This document shows, in pieces, positions 1 through 11,726 of a stretch of DNA of 64,000 nucleotides. The stretch spans positions 32,001 to 96,000 of the forward strand of contig CANMWZ010000003.1 of the NCBI GenBank assembly GCA_947501605.1, written 5' to 3'. Below the pieces are notes generated by a model. The model was not told the DNA's origin. It made no database searches and worked only from the letters and a program-made list of their open reading frames with translations. The first letter of the stretch is position 1. Every line of letters starts with the position of its first letter. A program made the position numbers and the translations under genes. This stretch comes from Planctomycetota bacterium. Its GTDB lineage: Bacteria; Planctomycetota; UBA1135; UBA2386.

Positions 1-1069
1 CGTCGGCTTCGACACGGATCAGACTCGGCTGCACAACGTTGCTGGCCAAGAACAATGAGTCGGAGTCAAAGGGATCGACAGAAACCCCAAGGTGCTGGCG
101 GAGCACGGGGCGCGCCCATTGCCAGAACGCGCGGCTGCGGCCAACGTGGTTCTCCCACAGCCGGGACTGGCTTTCGTGGATCCCCAGCGACACAGCCTCC
201 CCGAGCGGCGTTCCCATGTGCGCGGCATCAAGACCTTGCTCGTAGAGGCCGTGACCACCTTCGTGCATCGTTGAGCCGAGCGCATCGAGCACGTTGTCGC
301 GGGCAAATCGGGTCGTGAGTCGAACGTCGCCAAAGGAACCGGTACAGAACGGATGGGCGCTGCGATCGAGTCGTCCGCGCTCGAAGTCAAATCCCATCGC
401 TGCGACCACTGCGCGCACGCATTGTTCCTGGGAGCCTTCGTCAAACTCGAGCTTGACGAAAGAGTCATCGGGCCGGCGACCCTCGAGGTCAAGATTGTGC
501 CGCAGAGTCACAAGCCGCGGGCGCAACGTCGCGAACATCGATCGCAGTTCCGCGGCGTTCATGCCAGGTTCCGAAAGCTCTGCCAGAGCATCCCACCGCG
601 ATATCGATGCCGACCGCAGACAGTCCGCCCTGGCCTGCTGCAACTCGACCATGCGCTCCAGCACAGGACGAAACCGCGTGAAGTCTGACGCCGCCCGCGC
701 GTCGGCCCACACTTGCTGCGCGCGGCTTTCATGCTGTGCGAGTTCGGCCACGAGAGCAGCAGGCAGCTTGGTCGCTCGATCGTAGTCGCGCCGAAATCCG
801 TGCAGGCTGGCGCTGTGCTCCTGGCTGGCGACCAACTCCGAATCGGCTTCACAACTCGCGATCCAGTCAGCAATCCGCGGGTCCGTGGTTCGTTCATGGA
901 CCAGCGTCGCCAGCAGCGACAGTTGCTGGCTGCGATGTTCGCCGCCGCCACGAGGCATGCCGGTCTCCTGGTCCCAACTCAGCACCGCTGCGGCCGATGA
1001 CAACAGATGGGTCTGCCGCGCGTGTGCGATCAGAGCGTGATATGCGGCGAGACGGGGAAAGGCTGGCAT
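1..1069 (-). CDS. Carboxypeptidase M32 (Taq-type metallocarboxypeptidase), 3' end runs off the window
   Basis: Absent from the ORF track because it has no stop in the window. Manual minus-strand translation from ATG 1069 gives MPAFPRLAAYHALIAHARQTHLLSSAAAVLSWDQETGMPRGGGEHRSQQL...RDYDRATKLPAALV...STMHEGGHGLYEQG...LGIHESQSRLWEN, with the M32 motifs WDQxTxMP, HExxH and HESQS. Confidence 0.93.
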   Translation of the reverse strand, partial: MPAFPRLAAYHALIAHARQTHLLSSAAAVLSWDQETGMPRGGGEHRSQQLSLLATLVHERTTDPRIADWIASCEADSELVASQEHSASLHGFRRDYDRATKLPAALVAELAQHESRAQQVWADARAASDFTRFRPVLERMVELQQARADCLRSASISRWDALAELSEPGMNAAELRSMFATLRPRLVTLRHNLDLEGRRPDDSFVKLEFDEGSQEQCVRAVVAAMGFDFERGRLDRSAHPFCTGSFGDVRLTTRFARDNVLDALGSTMHEGGHGLYEQGLDAAHMGTPLGEAVSLGIHESQSRLWENHVGRSRAFWQWARPVLRQHLGVSVDPFDSDSLFLASNVVQPSLIRVEAD

Positions 1070-1181
1070 CGTGGAGAGTGGAAGGCGCGAGCCTACGCCA
1101 GGGGTCGTCCGGCGCCACTTTGGTTGTCTTGTGCTGCTGCAACTGTGCCAACAAGCACACACGAGCTAGACTGCCGGCCTT

Positions 1182-2387
1182 ATGGCCGCACGTGCTCGCG
1201 CCTCGATCGGACTCGCCGCTGGAGCTGTGTGCGCTTGCGTCTGTCTTGGCGTTGGTTTCTGGGTCGGACGCGCTGGCTTCCAGCGGTCATTCACAACCGA
1301 GCCGCGTGGCGGATCGTCGCGAATCTGGGGGGCGGAGCACGAGGACAAGGACAGCGGCAACGTGGACCGGCGGTCGGTACTGCCATCGTTTGCGCCAGCG
1401 GTCGAACGCACCAGCCCAGGCGTCGTCGCGGTAAGGGCCATTGTCACCGCGACGAAGAGCCGGACCGACAACGCTTCCTCGCTGCTGAGTTCGCCACCCG
1501 AAAGTGGGCCCGAGGTGGAGCCCAAATTGGCCGTCCGCGACGGCTCCGGCTTCGTCGTCAACGCAGCCGGCCTGGTGGTGACCGCGCGCCATCTGACCGT
1601 TCGTGCCTTGCGGCTTGTGGTCGACGTTCCGGGGCTCGGCCCCTTCGATGCCCGGTTGGTTGGCGAGGATGATGTCACCGATCTCGCCGTCCTACGCATT
1701 TCGGAGCCGCCACAAAACCTGGTGGTGCTGGAACTCGGAAGGAGCGAATTGTTGCGCGCCGGCGACTGGATCATTGCCGTTGGCAACCCCTACGGGTTTC
1801 GCCAGAGCGTGACCGCGGGCATCGTCAGTTTCGTCGGGCGCCACCTTTCGAGCGAGGACCTGCGGCCGTCCAGTGAGTTCTTGCAGTTCAGCGCCGCCGT
1901 CAATCCCGGCAGTTCCGGGTGTCCGGTGGTGGACCTCGATGGGCGCGTGGTAGGCGTCACCACGCAGGCCGCCGAGTCCGCGGAAGGGCTGTCCTTTGCG
2001 ATCCCTGTTCGCACGTTGAAGTGGGTCCTGGACGCGATGGACCGGAGCCCCGACGGCCGTGTCCACCGCGGTCAACTCGGCATCAACCTGCGGACTCGGA
2101 TGGGCACTGGCGACGACGGCCAACCACTGCGTGGCGTCGTCATCGGTCGAGTGCTCGAAGGCCAAGCTGCGCACCGCGCCGGTATCCGGCCTGGAGATAT
2201 CGTCGTCGCCGTCGATGGCGAACCCGTGATCGACACCAACGACCTGCACGAGCGCATCACTCGTTCGCCGCCAGGGAGCGAGATGCGACTTGAACTGCTT
2301 CGAGACGGTCGCTCCCTGCCGCCGCTTGCAGTGGTCCTCGGCGATACCGCGGCACCAGTTCCTCCGCCCGAAGCCGTCGCCCGCTGA
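1182..2387 (+). CDS. HtrA/DegP-family trypsin-like serine protease with one PDZ domain
   Basis: N-terminal TM helix; GSGFVV, TARH (His), DLAVL (Asp), NPGSSG (Ser); C-terminal PDZ (AHRAGIRPGDIVVAVDG). Confidence 0.92.
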   Translation: MAARARASIGLAAGAVCACVCLGVGFWVGRAGFQRSFTTEPRGGSSRIWGAEHEDKDSGNVDRRSVLPSFAPAVERTSPGVVAVRAIVTATKSRTDNASSLLSSPPESGPEVEPKLAVRDGSGFVVNAAGLVVTARHLTVRALRLVVDVPGLGPFDARLVGEDDVTDLAVLRISEPPQNLVVLELGRSELLRAGDWIIAVGNPYGFRQSVTAGIVSFVGRHLSSEDLRPSSEFLQFSAAVNPGSSGCPVVDLDGRVVGVTTQAAESAEGLSFAIPVRTLKWVLDAMDRSPDGRVHRGQLGINLRTRMGTGDDGQPLRGVVIGRVLEGQAAHRAGIRPGDIVVAVDGEPVIDTNDLHERITRSPPGSEMRLELLRDGRSLPPLAVVLGDTAAPVPPPEAVAR

Positions 2388-2391
2388 CTCC

Positions 2392-3081
2392 ATGGCGAAT
2401 GAGCCACACGTTGTGATGAATGACCCGCGCGCTCTGAATCTGTGGTTCCTCGCCCCCGGAATCGCGCACTTGCTCGGCAATGCGCTGTTCACCGCGCAGG
2501 GGCGGGCGAGGCTCTTGGCGACTGGGGTGGAAGAAGGAACCTCAACCACAGCCCAAGTGGCGGAGGATGCTCGGGCCGTGCTCGACGGCACCGGACGTGC
2601 GTTCCTTGGCCTGTCCGTCCTTCGCGGTCTCCTCGGCGAGGGCAAGACCACCGCCGTGCCTTGTGGCTCAGCCCTCCACGACTTGGCCGACATTGCCCGA
2701 GTCCCGCTTCGCGACCACGCGATGGAACTGGACCTCCACGTAGAGCCAGGTTGCGAGGACGAACTCGTAGATGCGCCCGAGCTCTTCACTGTGCTAACGA
2801 CAGCGTTCCGGTTGCTCGCTGGCGGGCAGCACTCCCACGGGCTACGGATCGAGACGCTCGTGAGCAGGAGTCAGAGCGAACTGCGCATTGCTGTGCGCGG
2901 CCGCGCGGCCGCGCGCAAGACGGACGCGTGTCAGCCACTGGCGTTGGTCGGGGAGTCGCTGGCGAATGAAGTCCGAGGATGGCCTTCAGGTGTTTGGAGC
3001 GGCCGCTGGGAAATAGCGGACTCGCTCGACATGCTGGTCTTCTACGTTGCGATCCTACGGCCAACCTTGAGGCCGTCTTGA
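2392..3081 (+). CDS. Hypothetical protein with a degenerate histidine-kinase-like H-box, no sensor domain
   Basis: ATG 4 nt after the htrA stop. LAPGIAHLLGNALFTAQGRARLL resembles a HisKA H-box; no recognisable N/G1/G2 boxes. Confidence 0.55.
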   Translation: MANEPHVVMNDPRALNLWFLAPGIAHLLGNALFTAQGRARLLATGVEEGTSTTAQVAEDARAVLDGTGRAFLGLSVLRGLLGEGKTTAVPCGSALHDLADIARVPLRDHAMELDLHVEPGCEDELVDAPELFTVLTTAFRLLAGGQHSHGLRIETLVSRSQSELRIAVRGRAAARKTDACQPLALVGESLANEVRGWPSGVWSGRWEIADSLDMLVFYVAILRPTLRPS

Positions 3082-3140
3082 CCGCAACTTGATGAAGCCT
3101 TCCTAGCGTCCTGGCCCTTCCTTCCGCGAAGAGGCTACCT

Positions 3141-3839
3141 GTGTCCAAACCCAAGATTCTGGTCATCGAAGACGAGTCCGACATCCTCGAGGTGATCCAG
3201 TACAACCTCGAACGCGAGGGTCACAAAGTCATCGCTTGCCGCAACGGTGAGCAGGGGCTGAGTCGTATCCGCACCGACAATCCCGACCTTGTCATCCTCG
3301 ATCTCATGCTGCCAGGAATGGACGGCGTCGAGGTGTGTCGGCAAGTGAAATCGGATCCCATCACCCGAGCGATTCCGGTCATCATGGTCACGGCGAAGGC
3401 CGAGGAGAGCGACATCGTGCTCGGCCTCGGGATCGGAGCGGATGACTACATCGCCAAACCGTTCAGTCCGAAGGAACTCATCGCCCGAGTAAAGGTCGTC
3501 TTGCGCCGCGGACCGTTGCGCGAAGAAAGCGGCGGTGGCGAGCGCGTCGTCCGCGGCGAACTCACGATCGATCTGGGACGGCACGAAGCCACCATCGGCT
3601 CGGAGGCGCTGACCCTGACGCCGACGGAGATGCGCCTTTTGCACTTCCTCGCTTCGCATCCCGGTCGCGTGTTCCCTCGATCCCACTTGCTGAGCCGCGT
3701 CATTGGCGAGGACGCGATCGTCACCGATCGCAACATCGACGTGCACGTGCGAGCTCTTCGCCAGAAGCTCGGCAACTCCGCCGATGTCATCGAAACGGTG
3801 CGAGGTGTGGGCTACCGGTTCGCGGACGGGAGACGGTAG
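3141..3839 (+). CDS. OmpR/PhoB-family response regulator
   Basis: Receiver (ILVIEDE, LDLMLPGMDG, TAK, KPFS) plus winged-helix (RNIDVHVRALRQKL, ETVRGVGYRF). Confidence 0.95.
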   Translation: MSKPKILVIEDESDILEVIQYNLEREGHKVIACRNGEQGLSRIRTDNPDLVILDLMLPGMDGVEVCRQVKSDPITRAIPVIMVTAKAEESDIVLGLGIGADDYIAKPFSPKELIARVKVVLRRGPLREESGGGERVVRGELTIDLGRHEATIGSEALTLTPTEMRLLHFLASHPGRVFPRSHLLSRVIGEDAIVTDRNIDVHVRALRQKLGNSADVIETVRGVGYRFADGRR

Positions 3840-3843
3840 CGCG

Positions 3844-6745
<2,902 letters not shown>

Positions 6746-6812
6746 GTTCGTACCATCGGCCTTTGCGAGGCGCCGTGCAAGCGCGCAGACAGAACTCGGC
6801 AGTGCGCGAAGC

Positions 6813-7547
6813 TCAGTGATCGCGGTCTGGGCGGAGCCCTGACTTCGGCTCCGTCGCGTTGATTGCCTCGCCAGCGCTCTCACCGGTCGCCTCGACGGGC
6901 TCTAGTCGATGCAGCATCGCGGCTCCAGCAGCACCGGCGCTCGTGGGACCCGCGCGGCCTTCGAGCAGTTCGCGCATCAGTGGCAGACGGTCGCCGAGGA
7001 GCGCCACCGCATCTTTGGCCAACCGCAATGAGTGCGATTCTTTGGCAGCGGCTGCCACCCGACTCTCCGGCGCGAAGAACATTCGCAGGACAATGTGCAT
7101 CGACAGGACGACTAGGGCACCCGTCGCTACTCCGAGCAGCCCACCAAAAAGGCGGTCGTAGAAACCGAGTCCGACGCGCCGGATCAGATTCTGTAGCACC
7201 ATCGCACAGAGACTCAGAGCCAGCAGCACTCCGACGAAGATCAGCACGCAGGCGATGTAGAGCGCGGTCGCCTGTTGGTCCTCCGAGGGCGGCTCCTGGC
7301 CGGTGTGGGTCCAACTGAGCAACACCTCGCCGAAGCCGAAGCCGAGCTTCACCGAGGCAAAGTAGGCGGCAACCAAGATCGCCACGCGACTGACCTGCCA
7401 GACGATGCCCTTGAAGAGACCTAGGACAAAGAAGACGGCCAGCACGCTGATGGCGGAGATGTCGACCCAACCGAGGTGCTGCAGGCTTTGGGCGAGATCG
7501 TTGGCCGCCACGGCCGTGGCAGCTGAGTCTTGGCCAGAGGTATCCAC
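6813..7547 (-). CDS. cvpA: CvpA (colicin V production) family membrane protein; start approximate
   Basis: WVDISAISVLAVFFVLGLFKGIVWQV and YDRLFGGLLGVATG motifs; four TM segments. Confidence 0.85.
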   Translation of the reverse strand: MDTSGQDSAATAVAANDLAQSLQHLGWVDISAISVLAVFFVLGLFKGIVWQVSRVAILVAAYFASVKLGFGFGEVLLSWTHTGQEPPSEDQQATALYIACVLIFVGVLLALSLCAMVLQNLIRRVGLGFYDRLFGGLLGVATGALVVLSMHIVLRMFFAPESRVAAAAKESHSLRLAKDAVALLGDRLPLMRELLEGRAGPTSAGAAGAAMLHRLEPVEATGESAGEAINATEPKSGLRPDRDH

Positions 7548-7707
7548 CGGAGCATTGTGCAGCCGGATGGCTGTACTGCCAGCCCGGTGCCAAGACGGTC
7601 TGCTCCCGAGACTTGCTCGCTGGTTCCCGTAGTTGCATTCGCACCGCACGCCTGGGAGCCTGTCCGTCCGTCTGGATCCACGAATCCGGGCCCGACCCTC
7701 CCAACCG

Positions 7708-9393
7708 ATGGCCAGTTCCGACGCGCTCCGTCTGCAGACCGCCCTCCTGCAACTCCACCGACGTGCTCTCCAGGACCACCGTCTGCAGGCAGAACTGGCT
7801 CGCGCTCGACGTGAGTTTTTCGGTGTCGAGCCAGGGGTGAAGGTCCGACCGACTGCCGAACTGCGCTTCCTCGAATGGGCGCTCCTCGAGCGTGAGAGCC
7901 TTGCGCTGGCCTCGATCCCGAGTGACGTGCTTGCGGAACCAGGCGATGACGATGCGCTGACCGGTTCAGCCGTCGGCGTCTACACGGTTGAGTCCGTCGA
8001 AGAGGAACGCGTCGACGCGCGCGACCTGCAGGACGAGGACACCGTCGAGTTGCTGGTGCCGCAAGGAACCCTGCAGATCGGCGACCTCATGGTCGGACGC
8101 ATCTATGGAACCCTCCGCGGCACGTGGCAGCCCTCCGCGGCAGTTGCGATCTACCGCCCAGGGGCGGCGCTTGCCAAGGCGTTTCAACGCGACCTCAAGC
8201 GCCTCGAACTGGAGCGTCGCCTCACCCAGGTCGAGATCGAACACCTCTTGTTGCGGCAGCAGACGCCGGACCACGAGCTCGCGGCCCCGGATACTGGGCC
8301 GACACCGGCGCCAAAGCTGATTCCGGGTCGGCAAGTCGAGCACATCGAAGCTGAGTTGGAGACCGTGCTCAGCGCTGGCGGTGTCCCTGGCCTGACGACC
8401 GAGGTCAGTGACTCCTTGGCCCAGACCGAGCGAATGGGAGCGGTGACTGGGCCGCTGCTCGAGCAACTGGCATTCGAGACAGAGGTCGATCTCGACCGCG
8501 CCCGGCGACTCCTGATCGAGTTGTGGAACGCGCACCACAGCGGCAGCCCCCAAGAGCTATCGCCCGAGCCGGCGAAGCCACGCGGCCCGATCGAGCTTGC
8601 AGAGATCCCCGGGGAGACCCTGGGGGAGCGCCTCGCACGCCTGCTCAACGAAGGTCTCTCGCAAAAGCGCGACGTCACCGAGTTGTTCCGCCAGCTCGAA
8701 GCCATGGCCGGAATTGAAGACGAGGAAGAGGGTGCCGATGACGACGCTCTTGGTGACGCCGGTCCGGCGATGATCCACGCCCTGGAGGGCGAGGACTTTG
8801 GCGATCTGGCACCGCTGGTGACCGAGTACTTGTGGGAAACCGCGCAAAGCGGTTCGGAAGCCGAAGGGCTCCTCCAGCTCTGGATCGCGCTGCAACAGAA
8901 TGCAGCGCTGCCGCACACGAACCTGGATGACGTGACTGGGCAGGACCTGATGCGCTTGCTGCTGCATGTCTACCTGCGTGCGGAACCAACGGGGCGCGCA
9001 GCGGCCGTTCGCACGGCATTCGCCGCGGTCACTGCGTTTTCGGTTTGGGCCGAAGCGACCCAGGAATTGTCCCTCAAGAGTGCGCTGCTCAGTTGCCAGG
9101 GCCACTTACTCGACCATCTCGACCGGCTCCAGGAAGTGGGCATCCGGTTGACAACTGCCACCAAAGAAGGGGCTTCGACCCCAGGCCTGCTGCACGTCGA
9201 GGACATCGCCGTCGATGGCTTCGGCGTACGCGGCGACGAGAGCAGCCACTGGATCGAGACGACCACGCAGATTGCAACGCTGCTGCGCCACGGCGACTTG
9301 CTCCTAGCGGCCCTGGTGGAGCACGGCACCGAAGCGATCTTCTCGGGCCCGGTAGTCGCGTTGCCTGCCGACGCCGAAGCCCTGGTCGGATGA
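7708..9393 (+). CDS. Hypothetical acidic cytoplasmic protein (~560 aa)
   Basis: Long ORF with genome-typical codon usage; no signal peptide; no confidently recognised family. Confidence 0.75.
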   Translation: MASSDALRLQTALLQLHRRALQDHRLQAELARARREFFGVEPGVKVRPTAELRFLEWALLERESLALASIPSDVLAEPGDDDALTGSAVGVYTVESVEEERVDARDLQDEDTVELLVPQGTLQIGDLMVGRIYGTLRGTWQPSAAVAIYRPGAALAKAFQRDLKRLELERRLTQVEIEHLLLRQQTPDHELAAPDTGPTPAPKLIPGRQVEHIEAELETVLSAGGVPGLTTEVSDSLAQTERMGAVTGPLLEQLAFETEVDLDRARRLLIELWNAHHSGSPQELSPEPAKPRGPIELAEIPGETLGERLARLLNEGLSQKRDVTELFRQLEAMAGIEDEEEGADDDALGDAGPAMIHALEGEDFGDLAPLVTEYLWETAQSGSEAEGLLQLWIALQQNAALPHTNLDDVTGQDLMRLLLHVYLRAEPTGRAAAVRTAFAAVTAFSVWAEATQELSLKSALLSCQGHLLDHLDRLQEVGIRLTTATKEGASTPGLLHVEDIAVDGFGVRGDESSHWIETTTQIATLLRHGDLLLAALVEHGTEAIFSGPVVALPADAEALVG

Positions 9394-9432
9394 CGGGTTG
9401 GCCCTGGTCGGATGACGGGCTAGCCCTGGTCG
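9379..9432. repeat. 22-bp tandem repeat, about 2.5 copies (gccctggtcggatgacgggNNN)
   Basis: Units at 9379-9400 and 9401-9422, partial unit from 9423. Confidence 0.85.
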
Positions 9433-9581
9433 AACGCGGGGTCGCAACGGAAACCGGGTCGCTGCGGTGCGTTCGGTGGACGGATCTTCCGCTCGTGCCG
9501 CGCCGACCCCAGCGGCGCTAGAGAACTGCGGCAAAGTCCGCCGTGTCGGGGCGTCGATTGCCCAGGTGGAGGATGCCACGA

Positions 9582-11675
9582 ATGGGCTTCGACACCGAGA
9601 TCGATCGTCTGCTGCGTAACCAGGTCCATCTCGCCGAAAAGGGGGAAGTAAAGCCAGAAGCCGTACGCCAACAACTGATCGACCTTTGGCAGTTGGCCGG
9701 GCCGCGGGCGCCATCGGCGTTCTTGCTCGGCTACAGCAAAGTTCTGCTCGGGCTCGACCTTGGACCTGTGCCTGAAGGCAACCTGCGACGTTGGTTCGTG
9801 TTTGGCTGCATGCGTGCCCACGATCGCCGCGGCGAACGCAACTGGATCGCGGACATGGTTCAAGATCCTGCGGCGCTGGCCGACCTGCTTGCGGATCCCG
9901 TGCTGGCAGCGCAAGTGCTTCCCCTGTGCGTGCGGACGCTTTTCTGGTGCGGCGACCTGAAGCTCGCACTGCGCGCAATCGAGTATCTGGCTGCCGACGC
10001 AACCTCCCCAGAACTGGCCTTGGTGGTGGATGCAGCGGTGACCGACTTGCTCGCGCGGCTCGAAAAGCGAGAGGAAGGCGAGGACGAAGAAAGCACCGCA
10101 TCCATCCTCGGAAAGGTCATGGGGATCGCGGGATTTGACCGCTTGCCGTCGGATGTGCGCGGTCGCTACCACAAGGCTCTGGCCGAACGTCTGCTCTTGG
10201 GCAGCGAGTGGGATTCGGCCGGACAACACGCAGTCGCTGCGGCGGCGCTGTCGACCGCCCAGTCGCGCATGCACAGTGCGTGCAACGCGGTGGCGGCTCT
10301 GGCTCATCTGCGGGTCCATCGCTTGGAGGACCTCGAGCCTCATGCAGATCGCAACGACCGGGAGCCAGCACTTGCACTTGTGCGACATGTCGAGAGTGAG
10401 ACGGGAGAAGCCGCACCAACCGCCCACTTCCTGCGCGGCATCCTCGCCTACGAAACTGGTGATTACGCGGTCACGACCAGGAGTCTCGAAGCTGCGGTAC
10501 ATGGCATGCGTCGCCAAGATGGCCGCGACGAACAGATCGCCGATCGAGCCCGGTTCTTCTTGGCCGCATCGCTCCTGGCGCAGGGACTCCCGGAAGACTC
10601 GTCGCGGGCTCTCAAGCTCATGGAGCGTTCGCTCGACACCGTCAAACCGGACCTCGAGACCTTCTACTCGGTACACGAAGCTCTGAAGAAACTGGATCGA
10701 TCGATCGCCCTGCGATTTCTCGATCAGGTCGACATCGGTCGCGGCCGCTCCCCGGACCAATTGCTGATGGTCGCACTGGAGTACCTGTCGCTAGGGGAAG
10801 CGCCCAAGGCCCTGAGCGCGGCCGAGCGCGTCCTCGCGGTTGCCGTGGACCTGGACCAGCGGCTCGAGGCGATGCGGGCGATCCTGACTGCTCGAAACAT
10901 GCAGGGACAGCGCGAGCAGGCGAGGTCGTGCTTCGCCGACATGCGTGACCTGCTGATGCAACGGGGCGCCTTCGATCAGCTGGAGAAGATGCTGCAGAAC
11001 GAGGCCTTCGTCGGTCAGGCTCTCGATCATTTCGACATCAAGCTCGAACTCGCCAACCTCTACGAAGAGATGGAAGGGAAGGACTACGAGCGAGCCCAAC
11101 TACAGATCGCGATCGCGCGATCATTCCGCGCCCGCAAGGAAGTCGAGTGCCTGCAGCAGGCCCACGGCTTGCTCCTGGAAGTGAGTTGCCATCATCCAGA
11201 GCTCGCGGCGGAAGACCTCCTCGCGATCGAACGGATGTTGGAGCTGAACGAGGCCTCTCCGGTCGATTCGGATGCTGGTGCAGCAGCTGGCAAGGCGCTC
11301 GGCAAGCAACTCGGCCACGCAGTCCGTGTCCTAGTGGTCGGCGGCAACGAGCGTCAGCGGCGGCATCACTCGAAATTCGTGGATCTGGCCACGCGCTGGG
11401 GACTCGAAGGCGAGTGGCTCGAGACCAACTACACTTCCCCGCAGAAGATCGTCGGGCAGATCGCCGATCGCATGCGTGCAGGCATCGACGTCTTGGTGCT
11501 GCTTCACTGGAATCGCCACGAGACCACGGAGCCAGCCCTCGAACTAGCGCGCAAGAGCGCGGTCCACGCGCGCACCGTCCACTATGCAGGATTCACGAGT
11601 CTGCAGGTCGCCCTCGGCGAGATGCTGCAGAAGCTCACACAACAGAAGCCTGCCAGAGTCGCCGCAAGAGCCTGA
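9582..11675 (+). CDS. Helical-repeat (TPR-like) protein with C-terminal DUF2325-like domain
   Basis: GGAGG RBS 9 nt before ATG 9582. Ala/Leu-rich helical repeats; C-terminal RVLVVGG...DVLVLLHWNRHE resembles DUF2325. Confidence 0.7.
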   Translation: MGFDTEIDRLLRNQVHLAEKGEVKPEAVRQQLIDLWQLAGPRAPSAFLLGYSKVLLGLDLGPVPEGNLRRWFVFGCMRAHDRRGERNWIADMVQDPAALADLLADPVLAAQVLPLCVRTLFWCGDLKLALRAIEYLAADATSPELALVVDAAVTDLLARLEKREEGEDEESTASILGKVMGIAGFDRLPSDVRGRYHKALAERLLLGSEWDSAGQHAVAAAALSTAQSRMHSACNAVAALAHLRVHRLEDLEPHADRNDREPALALVRHVESETGEAAPTAHFLRGILAYETGDYAVTTRSLEAAVHGMRRQDGRDEQIADRARFFLAASLLAQGLPEDSSRALKLMERSLDTVKPDLETFYSVHEALKKLDRSIALRFLDQVDIGRGRSPDQLLMVALEYLSLGEAPKALSAAERVLAVAVDLDQRLEAMRAILTARNMQGQREQARSCFADMRDLLMQRGAFDQLEKMLQNEAFVGQALDHFDIKLELANLYEEMEGKDYERAQLQIAIARSFRARKEVECLQQAHGLLLEVSCHHPELAAEDLLAIERMLELNEASPVDSDAGAAAGKALGKQLGHAVRVLVVGGNERQRRHHSKFVDLATRWGLEGEWLETNYTSPQKIVGQIADRMRAGIDVLVLLHWNRHETTEPALELARKSAVHARTVHYAGFTSLQVALGEMLQKLTQQKPARVAARA

Positions 11676-11726
11676 ACGCACTAGCCGGTTGCCATCCTCT
11701 CGCGAGCGGGCAGGATCCAGCAACCA

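Noticed and set aside
19..1000. Several short ORFs on both strands in the ORF track
   Set aside because: They are shadows of the minus-strand M32 carboxypeptidase, which runs off the window edge.
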